NCBI RefSeq assembly: GCF_030028105.1
Contig: NC_092378.1
Span: forward strand, 139,923,731-139,987,730
DNA: 64,000 bases
DNA from: Mobula birostris
Taxonomy: Eukaryota
Direction: 5' to 3'
Shown here: one piece after another, positions 36,901 to 50,340 of the stretch
Numbering within the stretch: position 1 is the stretch's first letter
Layout: each line of letters starts with the position of its first letter
Notes under the pieces: generated by a model
Database searches by the model: none
Seen by the model: only the letters and a program-made list of their open reading frames with translations
Told to the model about the DNA's origin: nothing
Position numbers and translations under genes: made by a program

Positions 36901-37406
36901 ATCTGTGGAACCAGTTACACAAACTGACCCTTGCACAGAAAGTCTTCATGGCTTTAAATCGGACATTATGAAACATGTTGTATAATTATGAGTTTGATTT
37001 TGCTTCAATACAATTATATAGCATCTGTTCAATCAAAAACATTTTACTAATTCAGGCCAAGTTCTTTCAAACTTGCATTTGTGATTAGGTTAACCATCTG
37101 ACATTAGCAAGAACTCCTGGCCTGATAATATTCTGGTGATAGCATGATAAAGTTCAATCAATGTTAGGAAAACACCTCGCTATAATAGTCAAGGCTGCAA
37201 ATGTAAAAAAAAAATGCTGGATAGATCATTGTGATAACGTGGTACATGACGGTACCATTTGCGTAATTATTCTTAAATTTAAATGTTTTTCCTATAATTT
37301 TATAACTGATTCTTGTGTCACCTCTTGATTAAAGATGAAACGTTGCTTGTGCCTTTTCTTTAATGTTCGAATGAAAGCTGTGTGGACGATACCTGCGATT
37401 GGACTG

Positions 37407-37925
37407 TACACTCACTGGCCACTTTATTAGGTGTGCCCATGCACCTGCTCATTAATGGAAATATCTAATCAGATAATCATGTGGCAGCAACTCAACACAT
37501 GAAAGCATGCAGATGTGATCAAGAGGTTTAGTTGTTATTCAGACCAAATATCAGAATGGAGAAGAAATGTGACCTCAGTGACTTTGATCATGGAATGATT
37601 GTTGGTGCCAGATGGGGTGATTTGAGTATCTCAGAAGCTGCTGAACTCCTGGGATTTTCATGCACAACAGTCTCTAGAGTTTACAAAGAACAGTGCGGTA
37701 AACAAAAACCACCCTGTGAGCGGCAGTTCTGTGGGTGGAAATGCCTTGTTAATACGAGAGATCAGAGGAGAATGGCCAGACTGGTTCAAGGTGACAGTAA
37801 CTCAAATAGCCAAGCGTTAGAACAGTGGTCTGTAGGAGAGCATCTCTGGATGCACAACATAACAAACCCTGAAGTGGATGGGTTACAGTGGCAGAAGACC
37901 ACAAACATACACTCAGTGGCCACCT
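37407..37925 (+). mobile_element. Tc1-like transposon remnant with transposase N-terminal HTH
   Basis: TIR tacactcactggccactttattagg; ORF has DLSDFDHGMIVGAR...SISEAAELLGFSCTTVSRVYKE. Confidence 0.85.
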
Positions 37926-38174
37926 CATTATTCACTCTCATCTGGAGCATTTTGTGGGTTGATGTAGCATAAGTGCAAGGGGTCCAGCCCAGGACCCTAC
38001 CGGGCCATCACCACTGAGACCTGAACTCTGAACCTCTGTGCTGTGGAGCCCAGACGGCTCCCGGTGTCGGCCTCCGAAGTTACTGCTAAACTCTGTCCGG
38101 CTGCTGGTCCTCTCCCTCCGAGCACCGATTGACCGAGTCCGTCAGGCTAGAGAGTGGAGGTTCCCGGTTCTCTT

Positions 38175-38580
38175 CCTCTGAGTACCGACAAAAGTATGGA
38201 GAATGACAGAGCTAAGATCAGGCGGGACTTCCAAATACAGTCTGATAAGCAGGTACTGGCCAACCAACCAGATATAGTAGTACTGGACAAGCAACAGGAG
38301 AAAGCAATAGTAATAGATGTGGCAATCCCATCAGGAAGAAAGAGTATGAGAAGCTGGAGAAATACCAGGGCTTGAAGGAGCAGATAGAAAGGATGAGGAA
38401 GATTAAGGCCAGAATAATCCCGGTGGTGATAGGAGCACTTGGAACTGTGACACCTGGACTGGGAATGTGGCTCCAAAATACCCTGGGAACAACAACAGAG
38501 AGCTCGATCCAGAAGAGCGCACTACTAGGAACAGCAAGGTTACTGCGCCAAACCCTGAAGCTCCCAGGCCCCTGGTAGAG
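38175..38580 (+). mobile_element. R4/Dong(Rex6)-type non-LTR element, restriction-like endonuclease C-terminus
   Basis: DFQIQSDKQVLANQPDIVVLDK...VIDVAIP, then after a frameshift IIPVVIGALG...QKSALLGTARLLR. Confidence 0.7.
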
Positions 38581-39014
38581 GACCAACCAATAGACAACCC
38601 CTTAGGAGAACATCATATGTGACTTGAGTGATCGCACTACTACTAGGCTACGCCAACCGTAACTTCCTCGTGGAGTAACACATACAAAGTGCTAAGGGAA
38701 CTCAGCAGTTCAGGTAGCATCTTTGGAAAGGGCTTTCTGGCTTCTTCCCCCTTCTTTTTCAGTCCTAATGAAGGGTCTCAGCCCCAAAAAATCGATTATT
38801 CATTCCCATATTCCCTATTCTCCAGCATCTGCAGAATCTCTTGTGGTTATGATTTCCCTCATGAATCTTCCTTACTATTGCAAAGAACAACTGTCAAGTT
38901 ATTTGCCTTTAATTAGTTCATAATGAACCACACTCGTTGAAGTGACTGCTAATTTGGTGTCTGTATGTTGTTTTCAGAAGATTCCCTGCCACCAAGGTTA
39001 ATCTGATTGGCTTG

Positions 39015-39561
39015 TCCCCAGGATACTGACGGAGTTTTACCGCTGTACCATTGAGAGCATACTCACCAACTGCATCTCAGTGTGGTATGGCAATTGTCCC
39101 GTATCGGACCGCAAAGCACTCCAGCGTGTGGTGAAAACTGCCCAGCGGATTATCGGCACCTAATTGCCCACCATTGAGAACACCTACCATAAACGCTGCC
39201 TGAGCAGGGCGAAAAGCATTATCAGGGATGCATCTCACCCTAACCATGGACTTTTTACTCTCCTCCCATCTGGTAGGCGCTACAGGAGCCTCCGCTCCCG
39301 CTCCAGCAGGCACAGGAAGAGCTTCTTCCCTGAGCCTGTGACACTGCTGAACCTCTCATCACAGCGCTAAGCAGTATTGCACCCATATTGTACTGTCTCA
39401 GTACTTTTATATTTGTGTGCTGTATATTTTTATTCGCAGCTATTTTGTAAATAACACTATTCTTTGCATTTCTTGTCAGATGCTAAATGCATTTCAATGG
39501 CTTTGTATCTGTACTCGGCACAATGGCAATAAAGTTGAATCTAATCTAATCTAATCTAATC
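39015..39561 (+). mobile_element. Rex1/Babar-type LINE 3' fragment
   Basis: FYRCTIESILTNCISVWYG...HPNHGLFTLLPSGRRYRS; aataaa then an (AATCT)n tail. Confidence 0.8.
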
Positions 39562-39864
39562 TTGTTGTTGGCTTTATTCTTACATTCTTTCAAAAGAAAG
39601 TATTTGCACTTCACCCTTGAACATCAGCCTTGCATCCATAGAGGTTTGGAAGATGACGGTTAATACTTTACAATTTCAATTATTACTTCTCTCAGCAACC
39701 TAAACTGTATCTCGTATAGACTAAGTAATTTATCCATTTAAATGAGCTGATCCTTGAGTATCAATATCAATTTTTAACCAGGAATATGTCACCTACAACT
39801 TCCTTTGTTCAGATCAAAGTAGCATCCTCCTTCTCAGTAAAGGCTGATGTAAAGTATTCATTTA

Positions 39865-40384
39865 TACACAGAGAGGCCACTTCATTGGGTTCGTCCTGTG
39901 AGTTTATGGTTTTCTGCTGGTGTAGCCCATGCTCTTCTAGGTTCAACCTGTTTTACATGCAATGATGCTTTTCTGTACGCAGTTGTAACGTGGGGTTATG
40001 TGAACTACTGCCACCTTACTGTCAACTTGAACTGGTCTGGTCACTCTCCTCTGACCGCAAGGCGTTTTTGTCCACAGACGTTCTGATCACTGGATGTTTT
40101 TTTTTGGTTTTATCACCCCATTCTGTGTAAACTTTGGAGACTATTGTACGTATGTGAAAATTCCAGGAGGTCAGCAGTCTCCAAGATACTCAAACCACAT
40201 CAAATTCCGCGGTCATAGTCACCTTTCTTCCCCATTCTGCTGTTTGGTCTGTACAACAACAGAACCTCTCGACCATGTCTGCATGCTTTTGTGCATTGAG
40301 TTGCTGCCACATGATTGGCTGATTGGATATTTGTATTAACAAGCAGGTGAATAGGTGTACCTAATGAAGTGGCCACTGAGTGTG
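39865..40384 (-). mobile_element. Tc1-like remnant
   Basis: Reverse-oriented homolog of 37407-37925 with TIRs at both ends. Confidence 0.8.
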
Positions 40385-41035
40385 CCTTGGCCATGTTCTC
40401 TACCTCCACGGGCAGATCTTCCTTTGGATCACCAATCTGATAAGCGCCCCCGAACTATGGACTTACTTTCAAGGACTCTTCATCTCCTGTTCTCGATATT
40501 TATTTATTATTATTATTATTTCTGTTTTTGTGTTTGCACAGTTTGTTGTCACTTGCACCCTGGTTAAACGCCCAGGTTGGTGCGGTCTTTCATTGATTCT
40601 ATTGTGGTTATTAGTCTATTATGGATTTACTGAGTATGCCTGCAAGAAAATGAATCTCAGGTTTGTGTATGATGACGTATATGTACTTCGATAATAAATT
40701 CACTTTGAACTATTTTTGAATCTGTTTTACATTTGCAGTGGCCCTTACACACTACCTCTCTCTGCTCCTCTCAGAAACTTTTGGCCTTGCCCTCCAAACA
40801 TCTCATACATAGCTTAGCACTCACCTCACAAATTCTGTTTTCTTTTTCTCTATGCTTTAATTTACTATCTCTTTTGCCACACAGTGAAATATGTCTTTGG
40901 TTGTCCTACCTTTTTCCCACCTAGGCCTGGACTGAGACTCCACCTGAGCTATCTTCTCCTTAACTGCCTTTTGTTGTTCATTTATTGTATTCCAAATTAT
41001 CCAGGCCAAATCCATGCAAGAAAATATTGCAATTC

Positions 41036-41544
41036 ACAGTATGGTGCAAAAACGTTTGGCACTTATATGTAGCTAGCGTGACTAAAACCTTTGCATAGAA
41101 CTATAGTAACTTTATGTATTGCACTGTACTGCTGCTGCAAAAAAGCAAATTTAATGTCATATGTGAATGATGATAAACCTGAATCTGATATGTGGGTCTA
41201 TTGTGGACTGAGAGTGGGAAGGGGGCAGGGAGAGGGGAATCATTGTTGGGAAAATGGGAAAGGAGCTGGCAGGGAGCAGGAAACACCAGAGAGACATTCT
41301 GTAATGATCAATAAACCAAATGTTTGGAATCAAATTACCTTGTCTGGTGTCTCAAGGCTGGGTGTGTCCCTTGTCCCTGGCACTCATACCCCTCCCATGG
41401 TACTCCACCGACACCATTCCCAACATCCTTTGCTCCCACCAGACTTACAAATTTGCTCTCCGCTCCACATTGACAAATACAGTACTGTGCAATAGTATTA
41501 GGCACCCTACGTATATCTACACCTAAGAATTCCACACAGTACTG
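41036..41544. mobile_element. Tc1-like MITE with hairpin ends
   Basis: Inverted homolog of 32299-32830. Confidence 0.75.
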
Positions 41545-42234
41545 TTGAAAATTTGTTTAAATTGGTGAAAAGTCAGTAAGTGGTGTTTAATGTGGGAAAA
41601 TGTGAAGTCATCTAAGGATTCAAAAACAGATTATTGTCTAAATCGAAAGAGACTTTGAAATGAGTGTAATATGGAGAGATCTTATGCTTGAATCATAAAA
41701 TGTTATCAGGCTTGTGTGGTAAGTATTTAAAAAGACAAAAGACATGTTGGCTTTTATTGTGTGGGGGCTGGAGTTTGGAAATAGGGATGTATTGAACAGG
41801 GTGTTGGTGATGCCATACTTAGAATATTGTCCACCGTTTTGGCCCCCTACTCCAATCCAAAGGAGATTCACCAGGATACTTCCAGGAATGAGAGAATTAT
41901 TATCCGGTTGAGAGAGCAAAGCAAGATGGGTCTGTCGTATTCTTTGTTATCCAGAAGAATGAACAGCGGCCTTATTGAAACATGAGAGGATCCCAAGAGC
42001 TCATGCCTTGTGCAGATGTTGAGATATTTTCACCAATGGGAATGAAGGGAAATAGTTTCAGAATAAGAGTTTGGTCATCTAAACTAGAGTATGTAGAAAT
42101 ATCTTCTCTTAGAGGGTAGTAAGTCTCTGGAACCTTCTGCTTCGGAGCATTTTGGAGGCTGGAATATTTGAAGGAATTGAAGTGGAGGTTAATAAACTTT
42201 TGAAAGATCAGGGAGTCTGTGGGTATCTGGTACA

Positions 42235-42972
42235 CAGAAAGAGCTGGTGGTAGACCTGAGGAGAGCTAAGGTACCGGTGACCCCTGTTTCCATCCAGGGG
42301 GTCAGTGTGGACATGGTAGAGGATTACATATACCTGGGGATACGAATTGACATTAAATTGGACTGGTCAAAGAACATTGAGGCTGTCTACAAGAAGGGAC
42401 AGAGCCATCTCTGTTTCCTGAGGAGACTGAGGTCCTTTAACATCTGCCGGACGATGCTGAGGATGTTCTACGAGTCTGTGGTGGCCAGTGCTATCATGTT
42501 TGCTGTTGTGTGCTGGGGCAGCAGGCTGAGGGTAGCAGACACCAAAAGAATCAACAAACCCATTCGTAAGGCCAGAGATGTTGTGGGGATGGAACTGGAC
42601 TCTCTGACGGTGGTGTCTGAAAAGAGGATGCTGTCCAAGTTGCATGCCATCTTGGACAATGTCTCCCATCCACTACATAATGTACTGGTTGGGCACAGGA
42701 GTACATTCAACCAGAAACTCATTCCACTGAGATGCAAAACTGAGCGTCACAGGAAGTCATTCCTGCCTGTGGCCATCAAACTTTACAACTCCTCCCTTGG
42801 AGGGTCAGACACCCTGAGCCAATAGGCTGGTCCTGGACTTATTTCCTGGCATAATTTACGTATTACTATTTAACTATGTATGGTTTTATTACTATTTATT
42901 ATTTATGGTGCAACTGTAACGAAAACCAATTTCCCCCGGGATCAATAAAGTATGACTATGACTATGACTATG
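42235..42972 (+). mobile_element. Rex1/Babar-type LINE 3' fragment (young)
   Basis: Open 192-aa frame (YLGIRID.KLDWSKN...FYESVVASAIMFAVVCWG) and a (TATGAC)n tail. Confidence 0.85.
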
Positions 42973-43649
42973 AGACGACACTAGGAGCACAATGAATGCA
43001 AGGGCCAGGCAATCTGTGCTTGCTCCTATTTGCTTGTGTTCTTGTGTTTTTCTCTCATTTGGTGTCACAATGTAAATGTTCTAGTCAAGGAAGCTCATGT
43101 TCCAAACACATTTCAAAAGTTTCTTCTCCTTCTTGGCCCCTAAATTGTTATTATCCCTGTCAATATTAGAGGAGTTGAAATCTCCCATTAAGTCCACATC
43201 GTGCCTCTTTGCAGATCTCCTTCCACTCTTTCCCATTTCAAAAGGACGGCTCGATGAACCTTGAATGGGAAGTTTCTTCACTCCTGAAAAAAGTTGTCGT
43301 TGTGAGGCTAAAAAACATATATATGTTTATTTTAATAAAAATCAACAATATTCATAACAAGTATTATTTACAAGAATAAATCATGCAATGCTTTTTCATC
43401 CTTACATTCAAAGTCGATGCTTTCAGTACTGCCCTATTACATTCCTACATATCCATCAATAGGACTGTTGCCACTTACATGGCCCTCTGGGCTGGTATCC
43501 TATTTCAATAATTGAGAGTCTTCCTCCCCCAACCCAGTAGCAGATGAACCCTACACTGTGGTTCTTTCCCACCGAGCCCTTGTTGTGGCTGTGCCAAAAT
43601 TCAGTGAGTCCCTCAGCACATACTCCTGCAGCCTGGAATGTGCTAATAA

Positions 43650-44430
43650 TACAGTCCTGGGCAAAAGTCTTGGGCATATGTATATATATATATGTACATA
43701 TATAGTTAGGGTGCCTAAAACTTTTGCACAGTACCGTAGTAACTCCCACAATGCTGGAGGAACTCAGCAGGCCAGGCAGCAGCTATAGTCAACGAGTATA
43801 GTCAACGTTTTGGGCCAAGGACTGCTGAAGGGTCTTGGCCCAAAACGTCGACTGTACTCTTTTCCATAGATGCTGCCTGGCCTGCTGAGTTCCTCCGGAA
43901 TGTTGTGTGTGTGTCACTTGGATTTCCAGCATCTGCAGATTTTCTCTTAGCTGTAGTAACTTTATCTATTGCATGGTACTGCTGTCACATGTAAAAAAAA
44001 ACTAATTTCATGACATATGTGAGTGATGTTAAACCTGATTCTGATATGGGTCTCTGTTGTGGACTGAGAGTGGGAAGGGGGCAGGGAGAGGGGAATCATG
44101 GTTGTGAAAAGGGGAAGGGAGAGGGAAGCATCAGAGACACATTCTGTAACGATCAATAAACAAAATGTTTAGAATCAAATTACTTCGCCTGGTGTCTCAG
44201 GGCTGGGTGCGTCTGCACACACTCCACCCCTCGACCCTGGCACTCCTTCTCTGCCACCTATCCCCCACCCCTCCCGTGGCGCTCCACCCTCACCATTCCC
44301 AACATCCTTTGCGCCTTCCAGATTTACAAACTCGCTCTCTGCTCCACGTTGAGAAATGCAGTGCTGTGCAGCAGTCTGAGGTACACCAACTATACACACT
44401 GTACGTGCCTCACACTTTTGTACAGTACTG
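43650..44430. mobile_element. Tc1-like MITE interrupted by a palindromic Penelope-derived element (~43745-43952)
   Basis: MITE core matches 41036-41544; the insert is flanked by the repeat gtagtaact. Confidence 0.75.
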
Positions 44431-45169
44431 CATAAAAACTGCATTTGACGAGGGCAGGTGCATGTGGAGGTCAAGTGGCAGGCCATACAATACCTTAACA
44501 GTTAGCCTAATGCTTCATAATGCCAGCAACCTTGACTTATTTCTCTCAGCTGTCTGTAGGGAGTTTGCATGCTCTCCTTCTGGCTGCATGGGTTTCCTCC
44601 AGATGCTCTGGATTCCTTCTCCAGTCCAAAGACATACAGGTTAGTTGGTCACTTGGGTATAATTGGGTGGCATGGGTTCGTGAGCCAAAATGGCTTGTTA
44701 CAGCGCTGATTGTTTAAATGAATGAATAAATAAGTACATATATGCAGTTTTGAATGTGGCATTTTGAATCTACCCACTGTAATTTGAATTTATGTTAACT
44801 TCACAATACTTCAGTCAGATGAATTATAGACAGACACAATTGCTTATGTTGTTCATCCATGTCTCGGTCACTCTCTCTGTGCATCATCAGTTTACACGTT
44901 TGATCTCCGATGCCAGAATAGGGAAGGATATCCCCCAACTAAGGTCACGAATCAAAAAAGTTATGTCTTTTCTGTTTATGGATTAAACTACTGAACATAA
45001 GCATGCTGACAATGACAGGTAGCTATTTAAAGTATCACTACAGTTTAGACTTTGACTCCAATGGGCAGCATGAGTAAATATTTAAAATTTCTTTCTGCAT
45101 TGCAGATTCTAACAGTTTTCAAACATACAGGAGACCTTAACATAACCCTTTGTTTATCCTGGCAACAAC

Positions 45170-45680
45170 ATCTGAGGCTGTTTAGGGAGCACATGCATGG
45201 GGTTCTGGACAGCGTTGTCCCATTGAGTCAGGGGAAGGACGATTGGGTGAAAGAACCATGGTTGACAAAAGAGGTGCAACATTTTGTCAAGAGGAAGAAG
45301 GAAGCTTACTTAAGGTTTTGGAAGCAAAGGTCACACAGGGCTTTTGAGAGTAATAAGGCAGCCAGGAAGGAGTTTAAGAATGCACTCAGGTGAGCTAGAA
45401 GGGGACAAGAGAAGGCCTTGGCGAATAGGATTAAGGAAAATCCCAAGGCATTTCACACGTATGTGAAGAATAGGAGAATAATTAAAGTGAAGGTAAAACT
45501 GCTCAGGGATTAAGGGGAAAATGTGTGCCTGGAGTTAGAGGAGGTAGGGGAGATCCTTCATGAATACTTTCCTTCAGTACTCAACAGTGACGTGAGGTTA
45601 ATGTAGAACAGGCTAACGTGCTGGAGCATGTTGGAAGTTAAGAAAGACGCAGTTACAATGGGATGCAGACAGGATGCAGA
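45170..45680 (+). mobile_element. CR1 ORF2 internal fragment
   Basis: KEPWLTKEV...KRKKEAY; it is an inverted homolog of ~46150-46640. Confidence 0.75.
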
Positions 45681-48190
45681 GCTGGGTTGAGAAGTGTATG
45701 GGGAACCTTATCAAATGCCTTACTGAAATCCATTAACACTACATCCACTGCTCTACCTTCATCAATGTGTTTTGTTACATCCTCAAGGAATTCAATCAGG
45801 CTCGTAAGGCATGACCTGCCCTTGACAAAGCCATGCTGACTATCCCTAATCAGATTACGTCTCTCCAAATGCTCATAAATCCCACCTCTCAGGATCTTCT
45901 CCAACAAGTTATCCATTACTGAAGTCAGACTCACTGGTTTATAATTTCTTGGGTTATCTCTACTTCCTTTCTTGAACAAGGGAGCAACATTTGTAACCCT
46001 CCAATCTTCCGATACTTCTCCCCTCCCTATTGATCATCGCTAGAGGCTCAGAAATCTCCTCCCTCCCTTCCCACAGTAGCCTAGGGTATATTTCGTCCGG
46101 TCCCGGTGACTTATCTAACTTTATGCTTCTCAAAAGCTCAAGCACCTCCTCTTTCTTAATGTCTATATGCATAAGTTTTTCAGTCCACTGTAAGTCATCC
46201 CCACAATTGCCAAGGTCTTTTTCCCTGATAAATACTGAAGCAAAGTATTCATTAAGTACCTCCGCTACCTCCTCTGACTCCATGCACATTTCCACTATCG
46301 CAGCTGATTGATCCTATTCTCACACAACTCATCCTTTTGCTCTTCGCATACTTGAAGAATGCCTTGGGGTTTTCCTTAATCCTGTTCACCAAGGCCTTCT
46401 CATGGCCCCTTCTGACTCTCCTAATTCCATACTTAAGATCCTTCCTAGCAACATAATTTTCTAGAGCTCTAACAGTACCTAGTTTCTTGAACCATCTGTA
46501 AGCTTTTCTTTTCTTCTTAACTAGATTTCCTACATCTTTTGTACACCATGGTTCTTTAACTCTGCCATCCTTTCCCTGCCTCAATGGAACATACCTATGC
46601 AGAACTCCATAGAAATGTTCCCTGAACATTTGCCACATTTCTGCCATGCATTTCCCTGACAAAATCTGCTCCTAATTTATGTTCCCAAGTTCCTGCCTAA
46701 CAGCATCATATTTCCCCCTACCCCAATTAAATGTTTTCCCAAATTATCTGCTCCTATCCCTCTCCACCACTATGGTGAAGGAGACAGAGTTATGGTCACT
46801 ACCTCCAAAATGCTCTCCCACTGAGAGATCTGACAGCTGACCAGATTCATTTCCCAATACCAGATCAAGTACAGCCTCACCTCTAATTGGCTTATATACA
46901 TATTGTGTCAGGAAACCTTCCTGAACACACCTAACAAACTCCACCCCATCTAAACCCCTTGCGCTAAGGAGATGCCAATCAATATTAGGAAAGTTAAAAT
47001 CTCCCATCACAACAACTCTATTATTATTCCACCGTTCCAGAATCTACCTCCCTATCTGTTCCTCAATGTCTCTGTTACTATTGGGGGGGTGGGGTCTGTA
47101 AAAAACACCCAGTAGAGTTATTGCCTCTTACCTGTTTCTAACTTCCACCCATACTGACTCAGTAGATAATCCCTCCATGACTTCCTCCTTTTCTGCAGCC
47201 GTGACACTATCCCTGATTAGCAATGCCACATTCCCACCTCTTTTGCCTCCTTCTCTGTTCTTTTTGAAACATCTAAAGCCTGGCACACTCAGCAGCCATT
47301 CCTGCTCCTGAGACATCCAAGTCTCTGTAATGGCCACAACATCACAGTTCCATGTATTGATCCACGCTCCAAGTTCATCCGCCTTGTTTATGATACTGCT
47401 TGCATTAAAATGGACACATCTCAAACCATCAGGCTGAGTGTATCTTTGCTCTAACATCTGCCTATCCTTCCTCACAAACTCCCTACAAGCTGTCTCTACT
47501 TGTGCTCCAACCTCCCCATCCTCTGCCTCTTCACTTCGTTCCCACTCCCCCTGCAAATCTAGTTTAAACCCTCCCTAATAACATTAGTAAATCTCCCTGC
47601 TAGGATATCGGTCCCCCTCAGTTTCAAGTGCAACCTCTCCTTTTTGTACAGGTCACACCTGCCCCAGAAGAGGTCGCAATGATCCAAAAATCTGAATCCC
47701 TGCCCCCTGCTCCAATCCTTCAGTCACGCATTTATCCTCCACCTCATTCTATTCCTATACTCACTGTCGCGTGGCACAGGCAGCGATCCTGAGATTACTA
47801 CCTTTGAGGTCCTGCCTCTCAGCTTCCTTCCTAACTCCCTGTATTCTGCTTTTAGGACCTCCACCCTTTTCTACCTATGTCATTGGTACCAATATGTACC
47901 ACGACCTCAGGCTGTTCACCTTCCCACTTCAGGATATCGTAGATGCGCTCAGAAACATCACGAACCCTGGCACCTGGGAGGCAAACTACCATCCTTGTTT
48001 CTTTTTCACGTCCACAGAATTGCCTGTCCCCCTAACTATAGAATCCCCTATTACCGCTCCCCTCCTCTTCCGTTCCCTACCCTTCTCAGCCGCAGTTCGA
48101 GACTCTCAGTGGCACTGTTGCTTCCCCCAGGTAGGTCGTCCCACACCCTCTCAACAGCACTCAAAATGGAGTACTTATTGTTAAGAGGGA
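45681..48190 (-). mobile_element. CR1 LINE: ORF1 3' part plus ORF2 endonuclease and RT, 3'-truncated
   Basis: AITETW, MGDFNFPNIDW, SDHN, KSPGPD, NYKPVSLTS, DFSKAFDKVPH. Confidence 0.9.
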
Positions 48191-49099
48191 CAGCTACAGC
48201 GTGCACTCCACTACCTGATGCCCTCCCTTCCCTCTTATCATGGGCTGAAGGATCTGTTCTGAGCAGTAATCTTCTCTGTTCCATGTTCTAATGCTGGTGG
48301 TGAGACAGCTATTAAAGAGCAGAGATTGAATAGAATTAGTGAGCCAATGTTGACAGGATAAAAAGGGTTGGTTCCTTAGCACTGACACATGGAGAAACTT
48401 CTTCACTCAGAAGTTTCTAATCATTGAAATATTCCGGATCAAGATGGATCTATTTTTAGATACTGGGGATGTGGGAAGATGGCAGACAGGTAAATAGGAT
48501 TAAAGGTTATTCAGCCATAATCTTACTGGATGAAAGAGACAACAAAACCTTCTCTTCTCATAGTTTCTACTTCCTATAATGCTGAATGGTAAGCTGACAG
48601 TGGCCATGAGACAGGGAAATCCAGAGAGACAGGTCTACTTTAGTGATTCAAGAAAATAACTTTATCATGGCAAAGATGCAAGGATAAAGGAAATGGTGTT
48701 ACCCTACAACATGGATAGGTTTGAGATACTGATTGAACAGCCTCAGAGAAAGAAATAATGCAGAGTTCCAATGAAATAATTTGTATTCAAAAATTGTTCA
48801 TACAAATCTCAATAAACCTATCTCTTCAATCTTTAGCATTTATGGAAATCCTACTGTTATACTTCGAATTCATCCTCCAAAACTCAAATGCTAAAGATGA
48901 ATAGCAGAGCAGATCTGATGGACCAAATAGCATAACTCTGCTCCTCTGTCTTATGGCCTTAAAACTGCGCACACACACAATGTCCTCCGAAATCAATTGT
49001 TTTTTAAAAATATCTTTTGCTCTGTAAGTTTTACGAGTAGGAGAAAATGAGTGTATAAAATAAACTTTATTTTATTGTGCCTTTGTTCAAAGTACAAAG

Positions 49100-50340
49100 T
49101 TCAAGGTTCAAAGTAAATTTATTATCAAAGTGCAACAACGTAACTATGTACAAATCTGAGATTCATTTTCTTGCGGGCGTACTCAATAAAGCCATAATAG
49201 AATAATAACAATAATAGAATCAATGAAATACTGCACCAACTTAGGTGTTCAACCAGGGAGCAAAAGACAAACTGTGTAAACACAAAAGGAAAGAAATAAT
49301 AATAATAATAATTAATAAATAAACAATAAATATTGAGAACATAAGATGAAGAGTCCTTGAAAGCAAGTCCACATGTTGTGGGAACATTTCAATGATAAGC
49401 AAGTGAAGTTGAATGAAGTTATTCTCTTTGGGTCAAGAGCCTGATGGTTGAGGAGTAAATAGTCACAGTTATACTTTATTGATCCCGGGGGAAATTGGTT
49501 TTCGTTACAGTTGCACCATAAATAATTAAATGGTAATAAAACCATAAATAATTAAATAGTAAATACCAGGTGGTTTGGGTCCTGAGGCTCCTATACCTTC
49601 TTCCTGATGGCAGCAGTGAGAAGAGATCATGTCCTGGGTGGTGGGGTTCCCTGATGATGGATACTGCTTTCCTGTGACAATACTTTATGTAGATGTGCTC
49701 AATGGTGGGGAAGCCTTTATCTGGGATTGACTGGGCCCTATCCACTACTTTTAGTCAGATTTTCCATTCAAAAGCATGGGCGTTCCCATATCAGGCTGTG
49801 ATGCAGCCAGTCAATATACTCTCCACTACACATCTATAGAAGTTTGTCTAAGTTTTAGACGTCATGCCGAATATTTACAAACTTCTAAGGAAGAAGAGGT
49901 GCTGCTGAGCTTCCTTTATAATTGCATTTATGTGCTGGGCCCAGGACAGGTCCCCTGAAATAATAAAACACTGAGGAATTTAAAGTTGTTGACCCTCTCT
50001 GCCTCTGATCCTCCGATGAGGACTGGCTCAAGGACCTCTGCTTTTTCCCTCCTGAAGTCAGTAATCAGTTCCTTGCTGACATTGAGTGAAAGGTTATTGT
50101 TACGGCACCACTCAGCCAGATTTTCAATCTCCCCCCTGTATGCTGATTCGTCACCACCTTTGATCCGGCCTATGACAGTGATGTCATCGGCAACCTTGAA
50201 CATGGCATTGACGCTGTGTTTAGCCACGCAGTGAGTAGGGCAGGGGCTAAGCTCACAGCCTTGTGCTGCACCTGTGCAGATGGAGAGCGTGGAGGAGATG
50301 TTGTTACCCATTGAACTGACTGGGGTCTGCAAGTGTGCCT
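49100..50340 (-). mobile_element. Rex1/Babar-type LINE fragment with a nested 3' end of a second Rex family (~49460-49565)
   Basis: GAAQGCELSP...KVADD and LFSLLPSGRRYRSL. The nested piece is the reverse complement of ~42870-42970. Confidence 0.75.
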
